This document shows, one piece after another, positions 38,448 to 48,388 of a stretch of 64,000 nucleotides of DNA; positions within the stretch are counted from its first letter, which is position 1; every line of letters begins with the position of its first letter. This DNA is from Deltaproteobacteria bacterium (GTDB lineage: Bacteria > Myxococcota_A > Polyangia > Fen-1088). A program made the position numbers and the translations under genes. The notes beneath the pieces were generated by a model. That model ran no database searches, was not told the origin of the DNA, and saw only the letters and a program-made list of their open reading frames with translations. The stretch spans positions 288,001-352,000 of the forward strand of contig JANRKS010000034.1 in NCBI GenBank assembly GCA_033763315.1, written 5' to 3'.

Positions 38448-39356
38448 TCAACAGATCCGTCCACGCTTTCCTGCCGGCCCATGGCCCACGGGATTTGCGC
38501 CCACCCACCGTTCGTCCACGGGCTCGTCGGCAAGTTGATATCGTGAGTCTGAAGACAAACGAAAATGCGTGCTGCGATTGTCCAGCGCTGCGTGTACGAG
38601 ATACATATTGAAAATAAGTACATCGCCCAACTGATAGGGCGCCGTGAGCCATCGCCCCTTCAAGCTTCGCTGTAGTTTGACAGGATTGGTGCAAAGCCAC
38701 CCGTTGAGGCCGTTGGCCGTGCGTGATTTGTCGCCAGGCCGGTTTTCGCAGTAACTGTCGACGTCGCGTTGCCCGTATCCTGCCCGTAGGCGCTGGTTTT
38801 GGTGAGATCCTTCCAAGATCATCAAGCCGCCCATATCTAGATCGATGTTAGACAGTGGTGTCCAGGCGGTGAACAGGCGCTTTGTGCCGCGGCCCATGTA
38901 GACGATGTCCGCGTGAGGCGGTGTTCCGGCCTTGGGGGCCACACAACGCAGCCAGGTGAAATCAAAGTGGCGCACCCGGCCACCCAGGAATACAGAGAAG
39001 AACGTCATCAGTGGGCCATCGACACGGTAAAGGAGCTTCTGCAGAGGCTCATTTTGCAACGCAAGGTCAGGCCGAAAATACGTTTGCGCGTTGGGGGCGG
39101 CCTCGGCCTCTTCCACCGCGCATTGATTGTTCAATAGCCCCTCGCTCGCAAGCTCATTAAGAATGTGGCGCCGCGCCGCCAATACCTCAGTTTCCAACAG
39201 CAACTTTGGCAGCAGAAGATAGCCGTCCTCATCCATCCGCCGCCTCAATTCAGCAAAGTCCCCTCGTGCGTCAGCTGAAGATCTCAATGCGCCAAACGCA
39301 TGTTCACCAGCATCGAGTGGTTGGCCGAGTGATGTCAGCGGGATCTGAGGTCGCAT
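38448..39356 (-). CDS. Phytanoyl-CoA dioxygenase (PhyH)-family Fe(II)/2-oxoglutarate oxygenase
   Basis: DGYLLLP, PPHADIVYM (HxD), GLMILEGSH, GDVLIF..YLVH, RLSSDSRYQ. Confidence 0.88.
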   Translation of the reverse strand: MRPQIPLTSLGQPLDAGEHAFGALRSSADARGDFAELRRRMDEDGYLLLPKLLLETEVLAARRHILNELASEGLLNNQCAVEEAEAAPNAQTYFRPDLALQNEPLQKLLYRVDGPLMTFFSVFLGGRVRHFDFTWLRCVAPKAGTPPHADIVYMGRGTKRLFTAWTPLSNIDLDMGGLMILEGSHQNQRLRAGYGQRDVDSYCENRPGDKSRTANGLNGWLCTNPVKLQRSLKGRWLTAPYQLGDVLIFNMYLVHAALDNRSTHFRLSSDSRYQLADEPVDERWVGANPVGHGPAGKRGRIC

Positions 39357-39514
39357 AAATCGATTTTTGACGAACGTTGCAGCGACGTCCATGCGCGGAT
39401 TGGGCGATTACTTGCGCGTTTTGGTACATCTACGTTTCAAATTATGACGGGATTTTACGTGCAATATCGCGCCTATATGTGCAAAATGGCTTCGACGGTC
39501 GCGCGGGAGAGCGC

Positions 39515-40351
39515 ATGGACTTTCGGCACGCACAAAGCAACAGCCTCGGTCGGCTGACAGAAGCCGCCCGGATCAACAACAGCCAGGGGCCGGCCGATTG
39601 GCGCAAACTAGACAAGTTTGCGTTGGTGTTCACGCTTTCTGGCACCGCGCGCTTTCGTGATGAGTTCGGCAACGACTTTCAGATGAACCGCGGCGATGCG
39701 TTGTTGCTCGTGCCTGGTGTGTCGCACGTTTATGGCCCCTTGCCCGGACACACGTGGAACGAGTTCTACGTCATTTTTGAAGGACCAATTTTTGATTTGT
39801 GGCACGCAGCAGGGCTCATCGATCCGCAAACACCGCTTTACCAATCCCCTGCGCATCATGAGAACTGGCTCCACGACCTCGAAGGCGCACGCCTAACGGA
39901 TCAAGGCCGCACTTTGGACGAAGTTTGCCGGTTGCAACTCTTCCTCGCCCGCCTCCTTGAACACCGAAACCACGGTCAGGATGCTGATGCGGATAAGGTG
40001 AAGAAGGCCTGCGCAATGCTTGAAGAAGATGTCGCTCTTCCGCTGCCGAGTGTTGCCCGCCGCTTGGGGTACAGCTACGAGTCCTTTCGCAAGCGATTCC
40101 GTGCAATCATGGGCATTTCGCCGGCCAAGTACCGAGCCGCACGCGTGATGGATCAAGCCTGCGAGCTGATGAGACGAAGCGACCAAAGCGATAAAGCCAT
40201 CGCCAGCGCGCTGGGGTTCTGTGATGAATTTCACTTTTCACATCGCTTCAAGGCCATTGTTGGCTGCTCGCCTCGGCAGTTTCGACAAAGGTCTTCGCGA
40301 TCAGGGACGCAGACAGCGGCGTCCACGAAGTCAAAGATGAGGTCACCATGA
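39515..40351 (+). CDS. AraC-family transcriptional regulator
   Basis: Cupin GDALLLVPGVSHVY. HTHs YESFRKRFRAIMGISP and LGFCDEFHFSHRFKAIVGCSPRQFR. Confidence 0.92.
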   Translation: MDFRHAQSNSLGRLTEAARINNSQGPADWRKLDKFALVFTLSGTARFRDEFGNDFQMNRGDALLLVPGVSHVYGPLPGHTWNEFYVIFEGPIFDLWHAAGLIDPQTPLYQSPAHHENWLHDLEGARLTDQGRTLDEVCRLQLFLARLLEHRNHGQDADADKVKKACAMLEEDVALPLPSVARRLGYSYESFRKRFRAIMGISPAKYRAARVMDQACELMRRSDQSDKAIASALGFCDEFHFSHRFKAIVGCSPRQFRQRSSRSGTQTAASTKSKMRSP

Positions 40352-41226
40352 GCGAGGGCAACCCACTTTCTCGTTCTTCACCCACCCTCACGATCATTCG
40401 ACATTTGTGGGGGCTCGACGGCCACTGGCGTGATTGGTTAACCAAGATCAAAGCCAGTGGCTATGCCGGCGTCGAGGGCCCGCCGCCAGCTGACTCCGAC
40501 GCGTTCGCCGCCGCCTTGCGCGCTTTGGATCTTCACTATGTGTGCCAGATTGTGACGCATGCGTCTGATCGTTCGGCCACAGGCCACTTCCAATCTTTCA
40601 AATCTCAGATTGAGGCTGCCTCGCCGCTGTCGCCGCTGTTTTTCACCAGCCACAGTGGCGTTGACATGTGGCCGCTAGATGAATCGAGGCGGTTCCTCTC
40701 CAACGCGCTTACTTATGCGGCGAAGCAAGGTTTAGACGTGAGCCATGAAACCCATCGAGGTCGCATCTTCTTCAACCCTAGAGACACCTTGCAGCTCCTA
40801 AGCGAGTTTCCCGATCTGCAGCTCACGGCTGATCTTTCCCATTGGGTAAACGTATGCGAGCGTATTCCAGACGACGCGACGCTTGGCCTTGCACTCTTGG
40901 CGCCACACATCAGGCACATTCACGGCCGCGTTGGTTACGCACAGGGACCACAAGTGCCCGATCCCCGCGCTCCAGCTTATGCATTAGAGCTTGCGGCACA
41001 CGAGCGTTGGTGGGCCGAAATTTGGCGGATCCGCATCGGCGCGGGGCAACGACAACTGACGTTGACGCCTGAGTTCGGTCCCCCGCCTTACCAGCAAACC
41101 TCGCCCTACACGGCGTTGCCTTTGGCTGATCCGTGGGATGTCAGCTTGTGGATGGCCGCACGCCTGCGCGAGCGGTTTGCACATACTTTCCCCCAGGGAG
41201 AATCGCCCCTTTTGAAAGGTATGTGA
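40348..41226 (+). CDS. Sugar phosphate isomerase/epimerase (xylose isomerase-like TIM barrel)
   Basis: GYAGVE, HETHRGR, LTADLSHW, HIHGRVG, TPEFGPPPY. Confidence 0.85.
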   Translation: MSEGNPLSRSSPTLTIIRHLWGLDGHWRDWLTKIKASGYAGVEGPPPADSDAFAAALRALDLHYVCQIVTHASDRSATGHFQSFKSQIEAASPLSPLFFTSHSGVDMWPLDESRRFLSNALTYAAKQGLDVSHETHRGRIFFNPRDTLQLLSEFPDLQLTADLSHWVNVCERIPDDATLGLALLAPHIRHIHGRVGYAQGPQVPDPRAPAYALELAAHERWWAEIWRIRIGAGQRQLTLTPEFGPPPYQQTSPYTALPLADPWDVSLWMAARLRERFAHTFPQGESPLLKGM

Positions 41227-41312
41227 CCACATTGCCTGCACTAACTGCTCATCACCGTAACGCTGCATGTGCGCCGCTTTCAGGATGACGAACGATGCTC
41301 ACTCGCGAAAGA

Positions 41313-43760
41313 TCAAAGCGCCAACGGGGCGCCATCATGTCCCACCGGCAGCTTCCAACCGTTCTTCGCTCGCGCGACCAGCCTGCGTTCGGTGGCGTCG
41401 AGCTGGAACAGGTGCAGCCACTCGTTCTGCACCAGCTCTTTGATTTTTGGATGCCTCTGCAGCACGGCGTCGATGGCCGCTTGGGAGGCCTCAATGAAAA
41501 CAGCGAGGCGCACCGGCGTGTGCACCCAACGCTCGCCATCGTGGAGGGACTGAAGTGACAGGCCGATGCGTAAATCGCCGCCGTTGCCTTCAAGCACGCC
41601 CACGTGTCCGCCCACAATGTTGTGAAGCACCTTATCGCCGCAGCCATAGCGTGCGTTGTCGACCGTGGATGCGTAATACTGAAAGTTGATCCAATGGGCA
41701 ACCACCATGGGCCCGGTCATGATGGACTCAAGGACTGCGTGGTCTTTGTCGTCGGAGAATCGGTAGTCATGCAGAAAGGCACGTCCTTCAAGATCCACAC
41801 CCCGGGTTCGCTCGCGTGGCGCGATGATCAGGCACGCGTTGCCTGCCAAGCCCCACTCAGGACGCACTTCAGCCCAGTTGCGCGCACGCTGAACCGCAGC
41901 CGCCTGCAGTTTTGCGTCTGAAAGGGCGGACAATCCGTGCCGCGCCGCCCGCTCACGGCGTGTGGCGACGCTGGCCCGACGAAGCAGCGTTCTTACTTCC
42001 ATCAGATCGTGCACCGTCGACGCGTGATGTTCGGGCAAGAGCGTCACCTCGTCGGTGGTCGTGTTGTGCAAAGCCGCAACGAACAACGTGGCCGATGGTA
42101 TTGATATGTCACGCAGCTGAAGGGCCGCGCGAACGTCGGCGTCGTTGAGCAACGCTGCCGCAGCCCGAGCGTTCACGTCGCCCCTTTGGCCACAACACGC
42201 GCCGCAATCGAGGCCCGCGGCGTGCGCGTTGTTTTGCGTCTCACTTCCATGTGCCACGAGAAGAACAAGGGGAGAAAAATTGCTTGTGAGCCCTATGGAG
42301 CGCAAAAAGTTCTCAGCCAATGGGGCACACTCTTGCGTCGAGACGGCCGTGCCGTCGACGTGGCTTGTGATCCGCGGCATACGCGTTTTGTTTTCGGCCG
42401 CCGTAAGCCCCGCATCATCATGATGCGGCGTCGGTTGATCTTTTTTGCCGAAGGCGTCGTGATAAAGATTGCCCACGAAAAACAGCCCCATTGAATCCAC
42501 AAACGCCAAACTTGAAAGCGAGCTCGATTTAAAGGCCTTCCACGCGTTGGCAGCGCCCAGACGATCCCGTCTGGTTTTCTCAAGATCCGGCGCCACACGT
42601 GTATCTGTCACGCGGTACTTCGGGGCCAAAATGCCAGGGAGCTGCGGGCGCGCGTGCGTGGCGCCGATCTGCAAGTATTCGATGGGCAGGCCGAAAAATC
42701 CGGCGGCTCCGAAGGTTTGTATGTCTTCCGCCTCGGCTTCCAACGCACGTCTGAACACCTCCGAGCGTACGTCAATGCAAAATGCCGCTTGCAACCTGGG
42801 CCGTGTCGCAGGTCGTTGCGCACTGAGGCCTTGCAGCAGGCCCGGCCGCACACGCGATAGCCATGCCAGCTCAAGCGCGCGCTGAAGAATCCAATCTTCG
42901 GAACGCGCCAGCTGCGCCGCGCGGTCGATGGCAGGCCAACTTGCCATCGCAAATCGCCATTCTGCCGCGATCGCTTCGTCACTCGACTTGAGCAACAGCC
43001 ACTCCCAGGCCAGCCGAATCGCCAAAAGCTCTCGGATATGAACATCGTCGCTGCCAGCGATCCGAGCGCTCCAGCGTAGGTAGGCACACCATGAGGCCCA
43101 GCCATTGACGTCAAGCAGAAGTGCTGAAAAATACCGTTCGCGCTCCTTGAAGGAAACCCCGAGCTCCGCAAAGCCGAGCTCCAACATTTCGTCAGGTTGC
43201 TTGGGTAAAGAGTCAAGCGCCGTTCGATACCCATGCAGATCCATGAAGAGCGCCGGCATGTGATCATGCTTGGCTTGGTTCAGCCATGTGGCGTAAAGAC
43301 CATTGGATCGAGGCACACTTACTTGCGCTTGACCGTCATCAAAATAGGACGCACACAGCCGGCTGACTCGTTCCATGACGAAGTCACGCCACGAAAGCTC
43401 GTGTTCGCTGCGCCGCAAAGTCTCAAGCACGTCGACCACCAGGGGGCGCCGGTGCGACGTAGGCTCGCGGATCCAGAAGCTGGCCAAAACATCTTCCTCG
43501 GTGATCTTCGCACCGCTTTCTTCGATGGCTTCGCGTAGATGCTCCGAGCGAAGCCTTCCTGCGCGCCACTCCTCGGCATACCAGGCGCGAGGCATCAACA
43601 AGCGCCCGCCCGAAAGTGCGGCAAGATCCCCGGCCACTTCTTGCAACGGTTTATGTGTACGCGGCCAAAACGGATTGACGGCGATAAATCGGTCAAGGGG
43701 CCACGATGGGGCGATGCTTGCGCACGCGCGCTCTACGGCTTCGTGAAGTTCGGTATTCAT
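41313..43760 (-). CDS. dabA: DabA (DUF2309) inorganic carbon pump, beta-carbonic-anhydrase-like subunit
   Basis: IAPSWPLDRFIAVNPF, AFCIDVRSE, GAAGFFG, AHGS, LDCGACCG, HNTTTD, RPEWGLA, GRAFLHDY, WINFQYYAS, GDLRIGL. ATGA-coupled to dabB. Confidence 0.92.
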   Translation of the reverse strand: MNTELHEAVERACASIAPSWPLDRFIAVNPFWPRTHKPLQEVAGDLAALSGGRLLMPRAWYAEEWRAGRLRSEHLREAIEESGAKITEEDVLASFWIREPTSHRRPLVVDVLETLRRSEHELSWRDFVMERVSRLCASYFDDGQAQVSVPRSNGLYATWLNQAKHDHMPALFMDLHGYRTALDSLPKQPDEMLELGFAELGVSFKERERYFSALLLDVNGWASWCAYLRWSARIAGSDDVHIRELLAIRLAWEWLLLKSSDEAIAAEWRFAMASWPAIDRAAQLARSEDWILQRALELAWLSRVRPGLLQGLSAQRPATRPRLQAAFCIDVRSEVFRRALEAEAEDIQTFGAAGFFGLPIEYLQIGATHARPQLPGILAPKYRVTDTRVAPDLEKTRRDRLGAANAWKAFKSSSLSSLAFVDSMGLFFVGNLYHDAFGKKDQPTPHHDDAGLTAAENKTRMPRITSHVDGTAVSTQECAPLAENFLRSIGLTSNFSPLVLLVAHGSETQNNAHAAGLDCGACCGQRGDVNARAAAALLNDADVRAALQLRDISIPSATLFVAALHNTTTDEVTLLPEHHASTVHDLMEVRTLLRRASVATRRERAARHGLSALSDAKLQAAAVQRARNWAEVRPEWGLAGNACLIIAPRERTRGVDLEGRAFLHDYRFSDDKDHAVLESIMTGPMVVAHWINFQYYASTVDNARYGCGDKVLHNIVGGHVGVLEGNGGDLRIGLSLQSLHDGERWVHTPVRLAVFIEASQAAIDAVLQRHPKIKELVQNEWLHLFQLDATERRLVARAKNGWKLPVGHDGAPLAL

Positions 43761-45328
43761 TGTCGCAAGCCGGGAGGCCACAATCGAAACGTCACACGCG
43801 TGAACCAGTCATCAATGTAAAGGCCGCTCACCAGATGCGGTTGCAGCCAGCGCGAGAACCATCCGTTCGGGCGGGTTTGCAAAAGTGATTGAGCCACATA
43901 AAGGGCAAGCAGCCCGCAGACGACAATGGTCCATTTCGTGGTCGATGCCTCCATTCCCGCGTTGATTTGCGGAGCCAAAGACTCAAACAGGATGTGCCAG
44001 CCGAAATAGGCAGCCGAGGCGCCCAACGTGAATAGGGCGGCGATGCTGAAGGTGCGTCTTCCGCCGGCGATGGCGCGCCCGAACATGGGTGCGAAGCTTA
44101 GACCCAGCAAAAGCACAAGTGGGCCCATGGCTTCGGGAAGGCGCTCCACGGGTAGCACTGTTTCAAAATAGAAGGGGGCGGCCGGAATGCAGACCAAGAT
44201 CGTGGCAGCAAAGAGGTGCCATATTCGCATGCGGGGATGGTGCAGAATGTGGCTTGCCCGCCACTGTTGCACGATCGAACCGGAACTCAAGAATGTATGA
44301 GCCTTGTAAACCGAATGTGCCAATAGGTGCAAAAGCGCCAGATGCCACGCGCCCAGCCCGCATTGAACAAGCATGAAACCCATCTGCCCAATCGTGGACC
44401 AGGCAAGGACACCCTTGATGGCCACACGTGTGGTCATCACCAACGCCGCCGTGATCGTGGTGAACAGACCCACGCCCAAAAGGATGCTTTGTGCCACGTA
44501 GGCGTGTGCCATCAGCGGAGACAAGCGGATCATCACGAACCCTCCGATGTTAACGACCCCCGCATGCAACAGCGCCGACACCGGCGTGGGCGCCTCCATC
44601 ACAGCCTGCATCCAACCGTGAAATGGAATCTGTGCGGTCTTCAGCAGAACACCGAAAACGAGCAGGCAGGTCGCAAGATGCAGCGTGGGAGGCAGCGTTG
44701 CGCTCGAACGCGCCAAATCGTTGACAACATCGATGCGCAGCGATCCGAAGGCGCCGCCGATGATCAAAATTGAGGAGACGAAGCAGGCGTCGGCGAGCCG
44801 GCTCAACAGAAATTTCTTGTGGGCCACGATTATGGCTTGGCGCCGTGTCCGGAAGAACGTGAGCAGCGAATGCAGCCCGACGTCCGTGGCAAACCAAGCC
44901 ACCACGAGCACGGCCAGGTGGTTCGACGTCACAAGCACGCTTACTGATGCCACTGTGAGCAACAAGGAACGAGCAAACCGATCAAGCTCACGCTGGCCTG
45001 CCAGGTAGGTGCGCGAATAGCGAACAACCACAAGGGCAAGCGTGGAGACCAGCACAAACATCGCACTTGAAACCAAGTCGAGCTGAAGCACGTCGTTCAT
45101 AACGGACGCAGTCGCGCGCGTGCGGGCGTCGAACCCCAGCCATGACAGCACGGGCCGAAGCGCGACGGCAAGGTAGGTGACCCCTGCGGTGGCGGTCGTG
45201 GTGACCATGGCGACCGTCAAAAAGCGATTTTGCTGACGTGACACCATGAACGCCGCAATGAAAAGGCTCGTGGGCACCAGTGCAGCAAGAAACAGGGGCA
45301 ACAGGGAAAGCAGCTCACCGCTCGTCAT
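43757..45328 (-). CDS. dabB: DabB, NuoL/MrpA-like proton-translocating membrane subunit
   Basis: RYSRTYLAG, AHKKFLLSRLAD, KTAQIPFHGW..AVMEAPTPVSALLHAG, WSTIGQMGFM, AHSVYKAH.FL. Directly upstream of DUF2309. Confidence 0.9.
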   Translation of the reverse strand: MTSGELLSLLPLFLAALVPTSLFIAAFMVSRQQNRFLTVAMVTTTATAGVTYLAVALRPVLSWLGFDARTRATASVMNDVLQLDLVSSAMFVLVSTLALVVVRYSRTYLAGQRELDRFARSLLLTVASVSVLVTSNHLAVLVVAWFATDVGLHSLLTFFRTRRQAIIVAHKKFLLSRLADACFVSSILIIGGAFGSLRIDVVNDLARSSATLPPTLHLATCLLVFGVLLKTAQIPFHGWMQAVMEAPTPVSALLHAGVVNIGGFVMIRLSPLMAHAYVAQSILLGVGLFTTITAALVMTTRVAIKGVLAWSTIGQMGFMLVQCGLGAWHLALLHLLAHSVYKAHTFLSSGSIVQQWRASHILHHPRMRIWHLFAATILVCIPAAPFYFETVLPVERLPEAMGPLVLLLGLSFAPMFGRAIAGGRRTFSIAALFTLGASAAYFGWHILFESLAPQINAGMEASTTKWTIVVCGLLALYVAQSLLQTRPNGWFSRWLQPHLVSGLYIDDWFTRVTFRLWPPGLRQ

Positions 45329-45603
45329 GCTGTGCAGCTTTTACCATGGCGGCGCGTTTTAGGCGCTAGGGGATAACGCTGGAAGGCCGTGCCCTCTCTC
45401 TTCGCCAAATTGTAGCGAACCATTAACGCGCCGCCTCGCCTGTAGGCCGAGGCAAAATGACGTTGTTGATGGACCCAAAACAATCTTGCGAGCCCCGCTG
45501 AGCCACCGGGACGCTATCGCCAAAGGGGCGCGACAATTGGCCCGCCGTTTGGCTCCTCGCGGCTGTGCGTATACGATGGCGGAGGAGGGCAGGAGTGGAC
45601 ATC

Positions 45604-47964
45604 ATGGTTTCAGCTGGGGATCCGAGATGGTCGGACGGGGTCCTTCGATTCCTCAATTCAATGTCGGAGCTGGTGGCGTGTTTTGAGACGGACGGTCGGG
45701 CGGTGTTCGTAAACACGGCCCTTGGCGAGTTTCTCGGTGTCCATGGGACGTCCCTGGTGAACCAAAGCCTGCGGTCATGGCTACGACTTGCACAAGACGA
45801 AGCTCTTTTAGACGCCTTTGCCCGCATTGTAGCCTCAGACGAAAACCAATCCCTCGACACCTTCGACGAGCCATCTCAACGGTGGTACGCCATCGTTTTG
45901 TCAAAGGTTGATTCGCTAATCTGGCTTCGGGCGCGCGATGTAACCGATGAAAAACGAGCGATCGCAAGGCTGAGAATCCTTTCAGAGGCCTCAAAGGAAT
46001 TTTCGCAAGCGATGAGCGAGGGACAGAAACCATTTCAAGTGATCGCTCGCCACGTCGCTGAACTGTTGCGCGACTTCTGTGTCATCCGGCTTCGCTCTTC
46101 AGACGGCACCAGGTTCGAGGCGCCCGTAGGCAAATGGGACGTCGACGAACACTACCGAGCGATATTAGATCAGCTGCCCGCCGTGGGGGCCGACCAGTCG
46201 ATTGGCCGCGAGGTGATTGATGGCATGAGGTCGCTGGTCTTGACTGATCTGACCGCAGATTCTGCGGCACTTCGTCTTGCGCCTTTGTCTCACAGGCAGG
46301 TGGCCACAAGTCTCGGGGTTCACAGCATTATGGTAGTGCCCCTTCGCACACAAGACCAGGTGCTGGGGGTGATCAGTGTGGCTCGCCGGAACACGGGTAC
46401 ACGCGCCGCTTTGAACGCTGACGATCTGGCGCTGCTGGAAGAATTGGCAAGCCGTGCGGCCCTCGTTGCCCATCAATGGCAAGCTTTGCATCTCTTGGAA
46501 ACAGCGCGCCGCCGGTTGACAGCCGTCAGCGATTCTCTGCCTGTGCTTGTTTGCTTGATTGGGGACGACTTGAGGTATCGCTTCGTTAACGCCACCTATG
46601 AAAAGTGGTTTGGCATTGGCAAGTCAGAGATCGTGGGCAAGTCGATGCAAGAAGTGCTGGGGCAGCAAGCGTTCAGTCGGCTGCAAGACTACGTAAACGA
46701 AGCGCTGTCCGGTCGGTCCGTCACCTTCGAGCAGCGGGTGGAATACCAGGCGGGCGGCGAGCGAGTCATCCGCGCTACGTACCTGCCCTTTGAAGTTCAG
46801 CCTGGCGTCTATCAGGGATTTGTGGGGCTTGTCGAGGACATCAGCGAGCGTTCGAGAATGGACGAGGCGCTCGTTCGCTGGGAGCAGCTTTTTCAACATG
46901 CGGGTTGGGGGATTGTGATGACGAGGTTCGATACGGGTGAAGTTGTGGCGCTGAACGCTGCTTTCGCGCGAATGCACGGTTATGGGGTGGAAGAGCTTAT
47001 CGGCACCAATCTTTTTGATGTCCTCACACCGCCGACTCGGAAGAAACTCGAAGTGGGGGGCGGCCCCGGCGATCCTGAACACTATCAGTTCGAGTCTGAA
47101 AACATCAGAAAGGATGGCAGCCACTTCGCCTGCTTAGCCGACGTGGTGGTGTTCAAAGACAAGGAAGGCACAGCCATCTACCGCGCGGCCAATTTTCAGA
47201 ACATTACCGAAAGTAAGCAACTGGAAGACGATTTGCGTGCCGCCATCCGGGCGCGCGACGAGTTTCTGTCAATCGCCGCACACGAGTTCCGTACCCCCTT
47301 GACGGCCTTGCAACTGCAGTTGTCTGCGTTGCAGCGCGATCCGGTGCTAGGGCAACAAGAGGGCCTAAAGCGCGTCAATGATCGTGTTTCCAAAGCTGTT
47401 CGTCAGGTGGGCCGCTTGACAAGCCTCATCGATAGTCTTCTGACTTTCTCAATTTTTGATGAAGAAAAGGGCCTTGAATCGCCTGAAGATTTTGATCTCG
47501 CCGTGCTCATGCGCGAGGTGGTTGAGCGCCTTGACGAAACGGCGCTTAAAGTCGGTACGAAGATCTTACTAACGATGGATAATCCAATCACAGTGCACTG
47601 GGAACGTTCGCGAATGGATCAGGCTATTACGAACGTACTCTCAAATGCCATCAAGTATGGTGCCGGCAGGCCTGTGCGCATCCAGATCGCGTGTGAAGCC
47701 GACGGTGCAAGCGTTGTCATTGGCGTGCAAGACGAGGGCATCGGCATTGGTGCCGAAGACTCTAAGCGGATCTTCGGGCGTTTCGAGCGCGCTGTATCCA
47801 CCAATCATTATGGTGGATTTGGTCTTGGCCTCTACATTGCCAACAAAGCGATCGTTGACCACGGCGGCACCATCACCGTGGACAGCGAGCCCGGCGCCGG
47901 TTCAACATTTACAATCCGGTTGCCCCGCGTGGCGAAGTCGCCAACTACGTTGGAAAGGGCGTAG
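45604..47964 (+). CDS. Cytoplasmic PAS-GAF-PAS-PAS sensor histidine kinase
   Basis: VVPLRTQDQVLGVI (GAF), FVNATYEKWFG (PAS), FLSIAAHEFRTPL, NVLSNAIKY, GGFGLGL, GAGSTFTIRLP. AGGAG upstream of ATG 45604. Confidence 0.92.
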   Translation: MVSAGDPRWSDGVLRFLNSMSELVACFETDGRAVFVNTALGEFLGVHGTSLVNQSLRSWLRLAQDEALLDAFARIVASDENQSLDTFDEPSQRWYAIVLSKVDSLIWLRARDVTDEKRAIARLRILSEASKEFSQAMSEGQKPFQVIARHVAELLRDFCVIRLRSSDGTRFEAPVGKWDVDEHYRAILDQLPAVGADQSIGREVIDGMRSLVLTDLTADSAALRLAPLSHRQVATSLGVHSIMVVPLRTQDQVLGVISVARRNTGTRAALNADDLALLEELASRAALVAHQWQALHLLETARRRLTAVSDSLPVLVCLIGDDLRYRFVNATYEKWFGIGKSEIVGKSMQEVLGQQAFSRLQDYVNEALSGRSVTFEQRVEYQAGGERVIRATYLPFEVQPGVYQGFVGLVEDISERSRMDEALVRWEQLFQHAGWGIVMTRFDTGEVVALNAAFARMHGYGVEELIGTNLFDVLTPPTRKKLEVGGGPGDPEHYQFESENIRKDGSHFACLADVVVFKDKEGTAIYRAANFQNITESKQLEDDLRAAIRARDEFLSIAAHEFRTPLTALQLQLSALQRDPVLGQQEGLKRVNDRVSKAVRQVGRLTSLIDSLLTFSIFDEEKGLESPEDFDLAVLMREVVERLDETALKVGTKILLTMDNPITVHWERSRMDQAITNVLSNAIKYGAGRPVRIQIACEADGASVVIGVQDEGIGIGAEDSKRIFGRFERAVSTNHYGGFGLGLYIANKAIVDHGGTITVDSEPGAGSTFTIRLPRVAKSPTTLERA

Positions 47965-48180
47965 AGCCCGATGTAAAGAGCGTCGTCCGCTCGACCAAGC
48001 GCGAGCGCGGAGACGCCGTGAAGGAGGGCGCCGAGTTGCGCCGATGCGTCGAATGTGCCTCCGGGGTTTGGCAGTTGGCCGACGCCGGGCGCGGGGGCGA
48101 GGCTCGGTCAAGTGATAGCCCAGCTTGAGCGGAGGCTCGGTGAGCGGCATCGGGGCACTTGTCGCCGCTCGCGCAACAGG

Positions 48181-48199
48181 TGTTGTGTCCCGCACAACA
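48181..48199. promoter_or_regulatory. Palindrome TGTTGTG-N5-CACAACA, candidate enhancer (UAS) for the sigma54 promoter
   Basis: Perfect 7-bp arms about 65-80 bp upstream of the -24 element. Confidence 0.35.
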
Positions 48200-48262
48200 G
48201 TGACAACGCAACTCGTGAGTCAAATCTCAACGGAATCGCGGCCGCCGTGACTCGGCCATGTC

Positions 48263-48278
48263 TGGCACGGCCCCTGCA
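48263..48278 (+). promoter_or_regulatory. Sigma-54 (-24/-12) promoter
   Basis: TGGCAC-GGCCC-CTGCA matches TGGCAC-N5-TTGC with one mismatch. The predicted start site lies just 5' of the riboswitch. Confidence 0.65.
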
Positions 48279-48297
48279 TAAGGGAAGAACAAGGGAA

Positions 48298-48383
48298 TTT
48301 TCCCGAAAAACGGCAAACCGCGGGCGACCGCGCGACGCAAAGCCGACGGGGCTCACTGAGCTGGCCGGGTTTCCGAAGGAGAA
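48298..48383 (+). ncRNA. c-di-GMP-I (GEMM-I) riboswitch
   Basis: GGCAAACC-GCGG(GCGA tetraloop)CCGC-..GACGCAAAGCC..CGG..GCTCACTGAGC..CCGGGTTTCCGAA shows the hallmark GEMM-I elements, in the 5' UTR of the 48389 gene. Confidence 0.85.
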
Positions 48384-48388
48384 ATCAA

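Noticed and set aside
43757-45328. Annotation as respiratory complex I nuoL
   Set aside because: No other nuo genes nearby, and it is coupled to DUF2309, so it is DabB.
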